A DNA stretch of 58,845 nucleotides, taken from Anaerolineales bacterium. Its GTDB lineage: Bacteria > Chloroflexota > Anaerolineae > Anaerolineales > UBA4823. Each line of letters opens with the position of its first letter. The first letter of the stretch is position 1. Both the position numbers and the translations under genes were made by a program. Location: contig JBAQFX010000243.1 of the NCBI GenBank assembly GCA_049287485.1, positions 1 to 58,845 on the forward strand, read 5' to 3'. Shown piece after piece: positions 28,634 through 37,270 of this stretch. The notes under the pieces are model-generated. The model had not been told where the DNA came from and searched no databases. It saw only the letters and a list, made by a program, of their open reading frames with translations.

Positions 28634-29188
28634 ATGGACAATTATAAACCCCACCACATCGGTACGCTATCCCCTGAAATGGCTCTGCTCGGATTACTCT
28701 ATGGCGCGCCAGGGCATGGCTATGATCTCCACCGCAAGGTAATCACTGATCTGGGACAGGTCTGGCATCTCAGTCAGAGTCAAGCCTACGCTATTTTAAA
28801 GCGCCTAGAGACGCGGGGAGATATTTCAATGGAAGAAATACCGCAAGAAAAACTACCTCCCCGCCAAATGTTGCATATGACCCCGCAGGGTCGCAAACGT
28901 TTTTTGGATTGGTTGGATATCCCAAGTGGGGGTAGTGTCCGTACCATTCGCATGGTGTTTGTCACCCGCCTATATTTTATAAGCCAGTTTATACCCGAAA
29001 AGCTCGCTCAAGCCTTCGACCAACAAAGGGTGGAGGCTACAAGCCAGCTTCGACGTCTGGAAAAAACATGCGCCGAACTGCCCCGCGAACAAATCTTTAA
29101 CCGCATGAGCCTGGAAATGCGCCTGAAACAATTGAATACCGTGCTGGAATGGCTGGACGAGTGCCAGAAAAACTTTCAGCAGGAGTAA
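28634..29188 (+). CDS. PadR-family transcriptional regulator
   Basis: LLGLLYGAPGHGYDLHRKVITDLGQVWHLSQSQAYAILKRLETRGDI is a typical PadR winged helix. A C-terminal helical extension follows. Confidence 0.85.
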   Translation: MDNYKPHHIGTLSPEMALLGLLYGAPGHGYDLHRKVITDLGQVWHLSQSQAYAILKRLETRGDISMEEIPQEKLPPRQMLHMTPQGRKRFLDWLDIPSGGSVRTIRMVFVTRLYFISQFIPEKLAQAFDQQRVEATSQLRRLEKTCAELPREQIFNRMSLEMRLKQLNTVLEWLDECQKNFQQE

Positions 29189-29220
29189 AGCTGCTTTAAC
29201 TTATCTACCTGGCAGAGAAT

Positions 29221-30423
29221 ATGATTTCGTTTAATGATGCTTACCAGCTCACGCTGGAACATATTCAACCTCTCGCTGTGGAAACTGTGGAACTGCTGAC
29301 CGCTTCAGAGCGAATTGCTGGACAAGATTTCCTATCGAGGGTAGATACTCCCTCCCTGGATGTCTCTTTGAAGGACGGTTATGCCATCCTGGCGGCGGAT
29401 GTTTACAATGCCAGCCCAGAATCCCCGGTGAAATTAAACCTGGTTGGAAGCATCGCAGCCGGAGGAAATTGGCAAGGAATCCTTTGCTCAGGTGATGCGG
29501 TGCGCATCTTGAGCGGAGCGCCGCTTCCGCAAGGTGCGGACGCAGTAGTGGCAGAGGAATTTACCCATGCGTTGCCAGAGGCTATCCAGGTTATGAAACA
29601 CGCTGAACCTGGGCGCAATATTCTGCGCCAGGGCGCTGATATCCAAGCCGGGCAGTTGATCGTTCCATCTGGTCAGAGGCTTTATCCAACTGCTATTGGT
29701 CTGCTGGCGGCGGGTGGATATCATGAAGTGCAGGTGATTAGGCGGCCACATGTGGCGATCCTGGCTACGGGGGATGAGGTGCTGGCGCCCGGCCAACCCC
29801 TGGTCCAGGGCAAGCTGTATGCAAGCAATTTATTCACCTTGGCAGCTTGGTGCCTGCATTTCGGGTTTGAGGTCGAGACCTTCGTGCTTCGTGATGATGC
29901 AAACACCATCCGCTCGGTGCTCATAACCTGCCTGGAGCAGTTTGACGCAGTGCTCACTAGTGGAGGCGCCTGGAAAGGCGAGCACGACCTGGTGGTGCAG
30001 ATCCTGGATGCGCTTGGCTGGCAAAAAATCTATCATCGGGTGCGGATGGGGCCTGGCAAGGCAGTCGGGTTTGGGTTATTCCAGAACAAACCGGTGTTCT
30101 GCTTGCCCGGCGGTCCGTCATCCAATCATATGGCTTTTGTCCAACTCGGGCTGCCTGGGCTTCAAAAGCTGGCCGGAGAGCCAAAACCAGGGTTACATCA
30201 AGTACCTGCAGTTATGGCTGAAACAATTTCTGGCCAGGTGGATTGGACGCAATTTATCCATGGACGCCTGGTACAAGAAAACCAGCGCCTGCTTTTTCAA
30301 CCCCTGAAATGTCAGAGCCGGTTAAAGGAAATAGCCCATACAGAGGCGATTGCCAAAATTCCGGAAGGCGTAGATGAGATATCCGCCAACAAATCGGTCA
30401 TGGTGCAGATACTTACAAACTAG
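29221..30423 (+). CDS. moeA: Molybdopterin molybdotransferase MoeA
   Basis: 400 aa with SFNDAYQLTLEHIQP, LKDGYAI, ILATGDEVLAPGQPL...GKLYASN and LTSGGAWKGEHD. Confidence 0.9.
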   Translation: MISFNDAYQLTLEHIQPLAVETVELLTASERIAGQDFLSRVDTPSLDVSLKDGYAILAADVYNASPESPVKLNLVGSIAAGGNWQGILCSGDAVRILSGAPLPQGADAVVAEEFTHALPEAIQVMKHAEPGRNILRQGADIQAGQLIVPSGQRLYPTAIGLLAAGGYHEVQVIRRPHVAILATGDEVLAPGQPLVQGKLYASNLFTLAAWCLHFGFEVETFVLRDDANTIRSVLITCLEQFDAVLTSGGAWKGEHDLVVQILDALGWQKIYHRVRMGPGKAVGFGLFQNKPVFCLPGGPSSNHMAFVQLGLPGLQKLAGEPKPGLHQVPAVMAETISGQVDWTQFIHGRLVQENQRLLFQPLKCQSRLKEIAHTEAIAKIPEGVDEISANKSVMVQILTN

Positions 30424-30480
30424 CGCTGCGTGCCTCATTCTAAAAGAACGAAGATCGAAAGGGTAACGTCAAGCTTAGTA

Positions 30481-30486
30481 TATAAT
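30481..30486 (+). promoter_or_regulatory. Candidate -10 box for the riboswitch transcript
   Basis: TATAAT lies 5 nt upstream of the first riboswitch helix. I found no convincing -35. Confidence 0.3.
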
Positions 30487-30488
30487 AC

Positions 30489-30666
30489 GGTATCTCCGAG
30501 CCCCCAGACCTAAGGCAAATTGCCATGGTCTGACGGGCCGGTCCCTGGGAAATCTCAGGGGATACACTGATCAACATCCGATTAGCGTATCTAGGGCAAA
30601 GGCGGAAACATCTTTGCCTCCCGTCTTTCCGGCTTTTGTCGAGAAGACCTTGGAAAGGAGATGCGG
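30489..30666 (+). promoter_or_regulatory. Moco (molybdenum cofactor) riboswitch-like element
   Basis: 5' AUCUCCGAGCC (30492..30502), then an internal GCCUCCCGUCUUUCC, then 3' GGAAAGGAGAU (30652..30662). AUCUCC pairs with GGAGAU as a closing helix. These are the conserved blocks I remember from the Moco RNA motif. The context (moeA upstream, modB relic downstream) fits. Confidence 0.65.
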
Positions 30667-30690
30667 CTTTACCTGGTCATCTGGCAGGTA

Positions 30691-30727
30691 AAAGGCTGTC
30701 TCTATTCCAAGAGGCAGCTTTTTTGTT
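30691..30727 (+). terminator. Intrinsic terminator (riboswitch expression platform)
   Basis: AAAGGCUGUCUC-UAUUCCAA-GAGGCAGCUUUU hairpin (two G-U wobbles) followed by UUUUUUGUU. It ends 16 nt before the GTG start of the first operon gene. Confidence 0.7.
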
Positions 30728-30742
30728 GAAAAGAGGAAACGT

Positions 30743-31330
30743 GTGCAAGAAACTCAAATCTCGCCAGTTGATCTGGTGACGTGGCTCACAACCACAGCCG
30801 AAAAGGAGTATGCGCTAATCCTCGTGACAGGTGAGAGGGGAAGCGGGAAGACCGCTTGGTGCCTTGAGCTGATCCGCCAGGCACGGTCAGCTGGCGTTGA
30901 GCCAGTTGGACTGGTTTCACCAGCAGTGTTCGAGGACGGGGTCAAGATAGCGATTGATCTGATCTATATCACCACTGGTGAGCGCCGGCGGTTAGCAGCG
31001 AAACGCGACTATGCCTCAGCTTGTTCACTTGTGCAGTCAACAGGCCTGGCCAATCTTCATTGGCTGTTCGATACGACCGTGCTTGCCTGGGGCAACCAGA
31101 TCCTGGAAGGGCTGCAACATGGCGAGCTTTTAATCCTGGATGAGTTAGGGCCTCTAGAATTACTGGAGAACATAGGGCTGACGGCTGGAATAGAACAAAT
31201 CAACCAAAGAAGGTTCAACCTAAGTTGTGTGGTGGTGCGTCCAGCGCTGCTAGAGAATGCACTGGAACGCTGGCCCTGGGCCAGGGAAATATACATGACA
31301 AACCAACCTGTTGGGGGTGATCAGCAATGA
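30743..31330 (+). CDS. P-loop NTPase (THEP1/DUF2478-like)
   Basis: GTG start after AAGAGGAAAC. Walker A VTGERGSGKT and Walker B LLILDELGPLE. 195 aa. Confidence 0.65.
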   Translation: MQETQISPVDLVTWLTTTAEKEYALILVTGERGSGKTAWCLELIRQARSAGVEPVGLVSPAVFEDGVKIAIDLIYITTGERRRLAAKRDYASACSLVQSTGLANLHWLFDTTVLAWGNQILEGLQHGELLILDELGPLELLENIGLTAGIEQINQRRFNLSCVVVRPALLENALERWPWAREIYMTNQPVGGDQQ

Positions 31331-32808
31331 TCCAGGTTCGTGGGCTTTCGGTTCACTATGGGAGTGTCCCAGCTCTTGAGGATATTTCGCTAGATATCGC
31401 TGATGGCGAGTGTGTACTGATCACCGGTCCTTCGGGTTGCGGGAAAAGCACATTGGCTCGCATCCTGTGTGGCCTGATTCCACATGCCATCCCTGCCCAG
31501 GTTGAAGGTCAGATACTCGTGGAGGGGCTGGACACACTCGCGCAAACTATCCCCGAGATCGCTCAAAAGGTCGGAATTGTCTTCCAAAGGCCCGCCTCGC
31601 AGCTTTTCCACCTGCGTGTAGAGGACGAAGTAGCTTTCGGACCGCGCAACCTGGGGCTGGATGAAAGTGAAGTCAAACAACGCACAGAATGGGCTCTGCG
31701 AGCAACGGGTATGTACGATCTGCGCAATGATAAACCATCCGCCTTATCCGGTGGTCAGAAACAGTGCCTGGCAATCACAGCAGCTTTGGCTATGCGCTCG
31801 CAAGTGCTGGTGTTGGACGAGCCAACTTCCTCGCTGGATGTGCCCAATACACACCGAGTGATCGAAACGTTAGCCCGACTGCGTACCGATTACGGCATTA
31901 CTATTATCTTGATCGAGCACCGCCTGGCAGAAATGGCCCAACTGGCAGAGCGAGTGCTCTTGATGGAAGACGGACACATCATCGCGGATAGCACTCCGCA
32001 TGAAGTTTTTGCGGACCGCGCCCTTCTTCTTCACTTGGGACTGCGCCGCCTGGCGGAGGAGCCTTCGATCTCTTGGGACACATTGATCCAGTCTACTGGA
32101 AACCATTCCCCTACAACCGAACCACTGCTCGCGCTGGAGAATGTTTCAGCCGGATTCAATGGGCATACCGTGATCCGGAATATCCAGCTTTCTTTCTATC
32201 CAGGTGAATTCTTAGCGCTCGTGGGGGATAACGGCGCCGGCAAATCCACCCTGGCGATGGTGGCAGCCGGGCTGATCAAACCGCAGTCTGGTGTGGTGCA
32301 TTTTGGCAAAGGTGACCGACCGCGCCCTGGGTTGGATGTGGCTTTGCTCTTCCAGGATCCTCAGGAGCAGCTTTTTACTGATATGGTGGATGAAGAAGTG
32401 GCTTTTGCGCCCAGCAATTATGACTGTTTTGACCCCAGCCTGCATGCTCAAATCCTGCAAGAAGCTGACCTATGGGAGCTTCGCTCTCGCCGCCCAATGG
32501 CACTCTCGGTAGGGCAGCAGCAGCGCACGGCGCTGGCTTCCTGTCTGGGCTTGCGCCCGCGCCTGCTCATCCTGGATGAACCCACCCTGGGCCAGGATTG
32601 GGGTCACTTGCAGCGACTGATGAACTACATCCAGGTGCTAAACCAGCAGGGTACTACCATCCTGCTCATTTCGCATGATTACAAGCTGGTCCACCACTAC
32701 GCCCACCGGTTGATCTTAATACAGGATGGGTGCATCGAACGGATCGGGAAAATCCAAGCCTCACCGGTACCACATTTGGAGGAAAAAAATGAAATTATCC
32801 ACACGTGA
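31327..32808 (+). CDS. ECF/ABC-type transporter ATPase with duplicated ATP-binding cassettes (EcfA1-A2-like fusion)
   Basis: Cassette 1: GPSGCGKST, LSGGQKQ, VLVLDEPTS. Cassette 2: GDNGAGKST, LSVGQQQ, LLILDEPTL. ATGA overlap with the NTPase gene. Confidence 0.85.
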   Translation: MIQVRGLSVHYGSVPALEDISLDIADGECVLITGPSGCGKSTLARILCGLIPHAIPAQVEGQILVEGLDTLAQTIPEIAQKVGIVFQRPASQLFHLRVEDEVAFGPRNLGLDESEVKQRTEWALRATGMYDLRNDKPSALSGGQKQCLAITAALAMRSQVLVLDEPTSSLDVPNTHRVIETLARLRTDYGITIILIEHRLAEMAQLAERVLLMEDGHIIADSTPHEVFADRALLLHLGLRRLAEEPSISWDTLIQSTGNHSPTTEPLLALENVSAGFNGHTVIRNIQLSFYPGEFLALVGDNGAGKSTLAMVAAGLIKPQSGVVHFGKGDRPRPGLDVALLFQDPQEQLFTDMVDEEVAFAPSNYDCFDPSLHAQILQEADLWELRSRRPMALSVGQQQRTALASCLGLRPRLLILDEPTLGQDWGHLQRLMNYIQVLNQQGTTILLISHDYKLVHHYAHRLILIQDGCIERIGKIQASPVPHLEEKNEIIHT

Positions 32809-33397
32809 GCTGGCTACTCTGGCGGTATTTGGCGCCTTATGGGGTCTGGTCGAAATCAGCCTGGGCTCAGTACTCAAAACGCTCAATATCCCCCTGAGTG
32901 GGGTGGTACTCTCAGCCATTGGCCTGGCCATTGCTTTGACGGGGAGGATGTTTGTGCCCAAACGGGGTTCAACCTTGTTCATCGGGGTAATCGCTATGCT
33001 GCTCAAGCTGTTCAGCCTGGGAGGGGTGATCATAGGTCCGATGGTAGGTATTTTCACCGAAGCACTGGTGGCGGAGATCGTGCTCTCCCTGGCTGGCAAG
33101 CCATCGCGAACCGCCTTTAGCCTGGCTGGAGCGCTGGGAGTGACGTGGGTGCTGGTGCAGCCATTTGTCACCGGTCCGTTGTTGTTTGGGCGGACGTTGT
33201 TCACCGTCTGGTTAGATCTGCTCGATCAGGGCAATCGGTTGCTGGGATTAGCTCCATCTGCTGCCGTCTGGATAGTTTTGGGATTGCTCGCCATCCATAT
33301 GGCCATCGGTGGGCTGGTCGGCTGGGTGAGTTGGGATATTGCTCTCTTGCTGAAAAAACGCCTGGGACAGCCTACTCCAGGTGTTAATCAATCATAA
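32789..33397 (+). CDS. Polytopic membrane protein, ECF S-component-like
   Basis: ATG at 32789 follows GGAGGAAAAAA and overlaps the ATPase gene by 20 nt. 202 aa, roughly 5 to 6 hydrophobic helices, beginning MKLSTRELATLAVFGALWGLVEISLG as many S components do. The track ORF starts earlier, at 32726. Confidence 0.55.
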   Translation: MKLSTRELATLAVFGALWGLVEISLGSVLKTLNIPLSGVVLSAIGLAIALTGRMFVPKRGSTLFIGVIAMLLKLFSLGGVIIGPMVGIFTEALVAEIVLSLAGKPSRTAFSLAGALGVTWVLVQPFVTGPLLFGRTLFTVWLDLLDQGNRLLGLAPSAAVWIVLGLLAIHMAIGGLVGWVSWDIALLLKKRLGQPTPGVNQS

Positions 33398-33421
33398 ATT
33401 ACTTGAATAGGAGTAAGAGAA

Positions 33422-33877
33422 ATGAAGCGCTTTACGATCGTCTTGTTGATTCTGTTCCTCGCACTGCTAACCGCTTGTGCATCCTCTGCACCCCAAGATA
33501 CCTCCTCTGAGACTGTACCAAGCCTGCTAATCACTGGCGGTGACACGAGTAAAACCTATACCCGCGCCGACTTGGAAGCCCTGGCTGCCAGCCAGGCAGC
33601 CTTCAAGGATGTGACCTATGTGGGTGTTAGGGTGTCCGCGCTGCTGGAGGATGCCGGTTTCACTCTGGACGAGGTGAAGGCGGTCAAAGCCATAGCGTCG
33701 GATGGATACACTGTCAATTACGATCCTGCGCAAGTTTTGGCAGCGGATGTCATCGTCGCTTATGCCCGCACCGATGGTGACCTTGCTGAGGAGGATGGAT
33801 CGTTCCGCATGGTGCTGCCAGGCGCAGAGGGCAAGCTGAATGTACGCATGCTTTCTGAACTGCAAGTTATAAAATGA
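33422..33877 (+). CDS. Lipoprotein with a molybdopterin-binding (SUOX/YedY Oxidored_molyb-like) fold signature
   Basis: Signal peptide plus lipobox (LLILFLALLTAC). The mature part LLITGGDTSKTYTRADLEAL...YVGVRVSALLEDAGF...ASDGYTVNYD...DVIVAYARTDGDL..EDGSFRMVLPGAEGKLNVRMLSELQVI is collinear with the pattern L.v.G.v......t..dL.alp.....GV.l..lL..aG......a.DGY...l.......d.lLAy..nGepL....G.P.RLvvPg..g...vK.l..I.v. Confidence 0.55.
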   Translation: MKRFTIVLLILFLALLTACASSAPQDTSSETVPSLLITGGDTSKTYTRADLEALAASQAAFKDVTYVGVRVSALLEDAGFTLDEVKAVKAIASDGYTVNYDPAQVLAADVIVAYARTDGDLAEEDGSFRMVLPGAEGKLNVRMLSELQVIK

Positions 33878-34608
33878 TCAGCCACGGCAGCATAAATCAG
33901 GTGCTCTCAGGATCCTTCAAAGAGAAGCATCTGGGCACCATCGGGTACTTGGCAATCTTTTCCTGCTCGCTGGCTGCAGTGATGATCTCCCCTCCCCAAT
34001 ACCTGCCCTGGGTCTCTGGAGGTTGCCTGCTGATAGCCTGGCTGGTCTATCCGCAGGCATTCCACCGCCTGATACGCTTGCGATGGCTGGTGATGGTTGG
34101 TCTATTATCCTTACCACCTATCTTCCTGGTGGGAGAGGTCGATCGCAGCATAATTGGAATCTCCTATTCATCAGAAGGATTGCTGAATGGGGTCCAAATT
34201 GCCATGCGGATATTGGTGGTATTGGTCTCAGTGCAAGGTCTTACCAGCATGGTGGATATCTCTTCGATCGCCGGGCTGTTGGAACGGGCCGGCTTGCATG
34301 GACTGGGCTTTTCGTTAGGCGTGGCTCTCAATCTGCTGCCCACTTTACAGCAATCGGCTCAGAATGCCTGGCGTAGCTTGTGGATGCGGGGTGGCTTGCG
34401 CAAGCAACGCTGGCGTGCGTTGCGCTTGCTGGCGGTGACCATCATTGCCAACGCGCTGAGTCGGGCAGAAGAGATTGCCCTGGCTGCAGAAGTGCGCGCA
34501 TTTTCACCTGAGCGTGCTCGCAGTATGCCGATTAAGGTTGGAAAATGGGATTGGGGGATACTCATCCTGGGAGTCTTAGTCATCATGGGACTCGTGCTTA
34601 TATCCTGA
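33874..34608 (+). CDS. ecfT: ECF transporter transmembrane (T) component, EcfT/CbiQ family
   Basis: Polytopic protein with the paired Arg-containing coupling helices NAWRSLWMRGG...ALSRAEEIALAAEVRAF. ATGA overlap with the lipoprotein gene. Confidence 0.75.
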   Translation: MISHGSINQVLSGSFKEKHLGTIGYLAIFSCSLAAVMISPPQYLPWVSGGCLLIAWLVYPQAFHRLIRLRWLVMVGLLSLPPIFLVGEVDRSIIGISYSSEGLLNGVQIAMRILVVLVSVQGLTSMVDISSIAGLLERAGLHGLGFSLGVALNLLPTLQQSAQNAWRSLWMRGGLRKQRWRALRLLAVTIIANALSRAEEIALAAEVRAFSPERARSMPIKVGKWDWGILILGVLVIMGLVLIS

Positions 34609-34610
34609 AA

Positions 34611-34792
34611 GCAGGCGTCCATCTCGAAAAATGTTTGAGACAACAGGAAGCATGATTTAACGCATGGTTCCAAAAAATATTCATGCGGTAACTGCTGACT
34701 AGAACTAGTCTTACCTGGACACGCACCCTGGGCGAATTTGGTGCAACAATCATATTTGGTTGAAATCTGGTAGGGAAAATCCAAACCATGCC
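34611..34792 (+). pseudogene. modB: Molybdate ABC permease relic (3' third only, three in-frame stops, truncated by the IS)
   Basis: The frame starting right after the ecfT stop reads ...[43 protein letters not shown]. Compare E. coli ModB ...[30 protein letters not shown]. The reading frame is cut at the IS left inverted repeat. Confidence 0.7.
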
Positions 34793-34816
34793 TGTCATGG
34801 CTACTTATCACATCCG
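34792..34816. repeat. IS left terminal inverted repeat
   Basis: CTGTCATGGCTACTTATCACATCCG versus the reverse complement of 36210..36234, CTGTCGTGGCTACTTTAGTCATCCG. Confidence 0.65.
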
Positions 34817-34949
34817 CTATGTTTTCATTAGCTTCAAAGCTGTGCCCTTTGAATCGAGGATGTTCCCGAATATTTTTGGTAAATTTGAAGTCCGGTTCGT
34901 TACTGTATCCAAGCTCTCCATATGAAGTTACTCAATTTCCTAGAACCTC

Positions 34950-34985
34950 AAGTACGCCATCATTTATTAACCAGATGGCGTACTT
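34950..34985. other. Perfect 12-bp stem hairpin inside the IS, just past the transposase stop
   Basis: AAGTACGCCATC-N12-GATGGCGTACTT. No U-tract on either strand, so it is not a classical terminator. Confidence 0.5.
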
Positions 34986-35008
34986 GTGATTTATATAATA
35001 GAGGAGCC

Positions 35009-36118
35009 TCAATTCAGATAAGCAGTCCGCGTATAATCGTGATGAAGTCCGCCCAGGATTGGTCTTGATACGATCTTGCCAATTGGGATAGGGAATACTT
35101 TTTTCTCGTATCGTTCTGGAATACGTTGCTGAATGCCCTGATGCGGTCGGAAGGTGTTGTAGTAGATCACATAATCCTTGACCAAGCGTTCCAGTTGCCG
35201 TTGGTTCAGCATAAATGTATGATCCAGGCACTCACGTTTCAGGCTTCCCATGAACCTTTCACAGACCGCATTCGCCTTCGGAGCTTGAAAGGGTGTCTTC
35301 ATTTCTTGGATCCCTGAACTAGCTGCTAAGGATGAAAACAAGAAACCATACTTGCGATCATGGTCTCGAATGAGGTATTTTGGGTGAGAACTCCATGGTG
35401 TAGCTTCGCGCAGTTGTTGAGCTGTCCATTCATCGGAAGGAGACGTGGTTACCGCTGAGTGGATGATAAGCCGTGTTTTCAGTTCCAGGATCACAAAGAT
35501 AACGATTGGTCGGAAGAGCAGGTCGTGCACAACGGTGAAATCGCAAGCCCAAATTTCACTCGCATGATTCTTGAGGAAAGTTGTCCAGGCTTGCGTCGAT
35601 GTTTTTCGTTCTTTGGGAAGATATCGTTGGATGGTCCGCTTGCTTACTTGTATACCCAGCTTCAAAAGCTCTCCTCGAATCCGTTCTGCTCCCCAAAGTC
35701 GGTTTTCGTTGGCCATTTGCTTGATCAAGTGAATGGTTTCAGGTGATATTATAGGTTCCTTCTTTTTAGGCTTTGACTTGCGTTTCCAGTAGAAACGGAA
35801 GATATCTCGATGCCAGCGTAAGAGCGTATCTGGTTCCACTATATGGAGGGCTTGTTTCCAGAACTTGGTGAATCGTGCCAGGAGTACCAATCCCAAACGA
35901 TCTCCATGGGTAAGTTGCGGTCGCTTGATCTGGCGAGTGAGAACGATCAACTGCTGGCGTAGTATAGCATTTTCAATGATCAGGTCGGTTCGATTTCGGC
36001 TAAGGTCCGAGAGAGCGCCCACAATAACCGGTTTCGCTATTGGTTTTGTCCATCTTTTCAGGATTTGATGCATCCATGCAGAGAAGAAGTGCCAGAAAAC
36101 GATAATTTCGAGAACCAT
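35009..36118 (-). CDS. DDE transposase (HTH plus integrase-core/rve domain)
   Basis: PDTLLRWHRDIFRFYW, WGAERIRGELLKLGIQVSKRTIQRYL, WACDFT, LIRDHDRKYG and ANAVCERFMGSLKRECLDH are typical of rve-type transposases. Confidence 0.85.
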   Translation of the reverse strand: MVLEIIVFWHFFSAWMHQILKRWTKPIAKPVIVGALSDLSRNRTDLIIENAILRQQLIVLTRQIKRPQLTHGDRLGLVLLARFTKFWKQALHIVEPDTLLRWHRDIFRFYWKRKSKPKKKEPIISPETIHLIKQMANENRLWGAERIRGELLKLGIQVSKRTIQRYLPKERKTSTQAWTTFLKNHASEIWACDFTVVHDLLFRPIVIFVILELKTRLIIHSAVTTSPSDEWTAQQLREATPWSSHPKYLIRDHDRKYGFLFSSLAASSGIQEMKTPFQAPKANAVCERFMGSLKRECLDHTFMLNQRQLERLVKDYVIYYNTFRPHQGIQQRIPERYEKKVFPIPIGKIVSRPILGGLHHDYTRTAYLN

Positions 36119-36209
36119 ATTCTACCTGTTGAAAAGGATTTCTTATTCAAGCAGGATGATAACTCATTCATTGGAGAAGATAACGGATTTGTTTTTGGAA
36201 AATACTGTA

Positions 36210-36234
36210 CGGATGACTAAAGTAGCCACGACAG
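36210..36234. repeat. IS right terminal inverted repeat
   Basis: CGGATGACTAAAGTAGCCACGACAG, the partner of 34792..34816. Confidence 0.65.
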
Positions 36235-36448
36235 CTAGAAGATTTTATTGATATCCCAGGACTACGATTATAAAAATTTCTAATCTTTCTATTAACTCCA
36301 AATATGACCAATATGGTATAGTTAGTCTAGTTACCGTTGGATAAATTAGGTATTAATGTTCAACGGGCTCCCGGGGAAGCAACACCTGGTTTGAACACCG
36401 GGGGGTCATTAAAAAATAATAAACCATCAGCTAGATTGGAACAATATT

Positions 36449-37270
36449 ATGAGGAATATATTAACCGTTGTTTCGGAATGGGGATATTGGGGCGAAGAGC
36501 TGGTTGGCCCCCTTGAAGTGCTTGATCAACAGGGGTACAAAGTTGATTTTATGACTAATAAAGGAAAGCGGCCGCATGCACTACCCCCAAGTATGCAGGT
36601 AGGTTATTTTGATCCGCCATTGCATAAAGTAGTAACTGATGAATATTACGCCAACCTCACTCGCAAGGTAGATGAATCCAAACGGCTTGATGATCCAATT
36701 AATTTATCAAAATGGTTCCCTGAGCGCCCTTATTTCAATTCTCCTAATTATGGGAGGGATCTTGAAGCATATTATTCTGCTCGTGATCAATCTTGGAAGG
36801 ACCTGGAAAGGTACGACGCTTTACTCCTCGTAGGAGGAAGCGGACCTATCCTGGATATGGTCAATAATCAACGCGTGCATGATGTTATTTTAGGTTTCTA
36901 TAAAATGGGAAAGTTAATCGCCGCTGAATGTTATGGTGTGGCATGTCTGGCATTTGCTCGAGATTGGGTAGATCGGAAGAGCATTATTTGGGGGAAGCGT
37001 GTTACCGGACATGCATTGGAATATGACTACAAAGATGGAACTGGCTTCTTAAATACGGATATTAACATCGGCCCTCCACCATATCCGCTGGAGCTAATTT
37101 TGCGAGATGCAGTTGGTCCAGAAGGCCAGTACCATGGCGGTGTTGGCCGGACCTTATCGACGATTCTCGATTACCCCTTCCTGACCGGTAGGTCAACCCA
37201 GGATTCGCACCTGGTTGGTGAGTTGATCGTTCAAACGCTGGAAAACGGGCTGAAACGCTATGGCTGGTAA
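36449..37270 (+). CDS. Class I glutamine amidotransferase-like / DJ-1-PfpI superfamily protein
   Basis: YDALLLVGGSGP...GKLIAAECYGVACL shows the nucleophile-elbow Cys context. 273 aa. Confidence 0.6.
   Translation: MRNILTVVSEWGYWGEELVGPLEVLDQQGYKVDFMTNKGKRPHALPPSMQVGYFDPPLHKVVTDEYYANLTRKVDESKRLDDPINLSKWFPERPYFNSPNYGRDLEAYYSARDQSWKDLERYDALLLVGGSGPILDMVNNQRVHDVILGFYKMGKLIAAECYGVACLAFARDWVDRKSIIWGKRVTGHALEYDYKDGTGFLNTDINIGPPPYPLELILRDAVGPEGQYHGGVGRTLSTILDYPFLTGRSTQDSHLVGELIVQTLENGLKRYGW

Larger units (their letters stand above)
34793..36233 (-). mobile_element. Insertion sequence (about 1.44 kb) with one rve-type DDE transposase; IS481/IS3-superfamily-like
   Basis: Imperfect terminal inverted repeats starting TGT (20 of 25 positions match) flank the transposase ORF. 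I found no clear target-site duplication. Confidence 0.7.

Noticed and set aside
30661-30729. 22-codon ORF (MRLYLVIWQVKGCLYSKRQLFC) starting at the riboswitch 3' GGAGAUG
   Set aside because: The GGAG abuts the AUG with no spacer, so it cannot serve as an SD. The ORF simply spans the terminator hairpin.
34359-35231. Minus-strand ORFs 34359..34811, 34598..34798 and 34932..35231
   Set aside because: They overlap ecfT, the modB relic, the IS end or the transposase 3' end, and no family signal is present.
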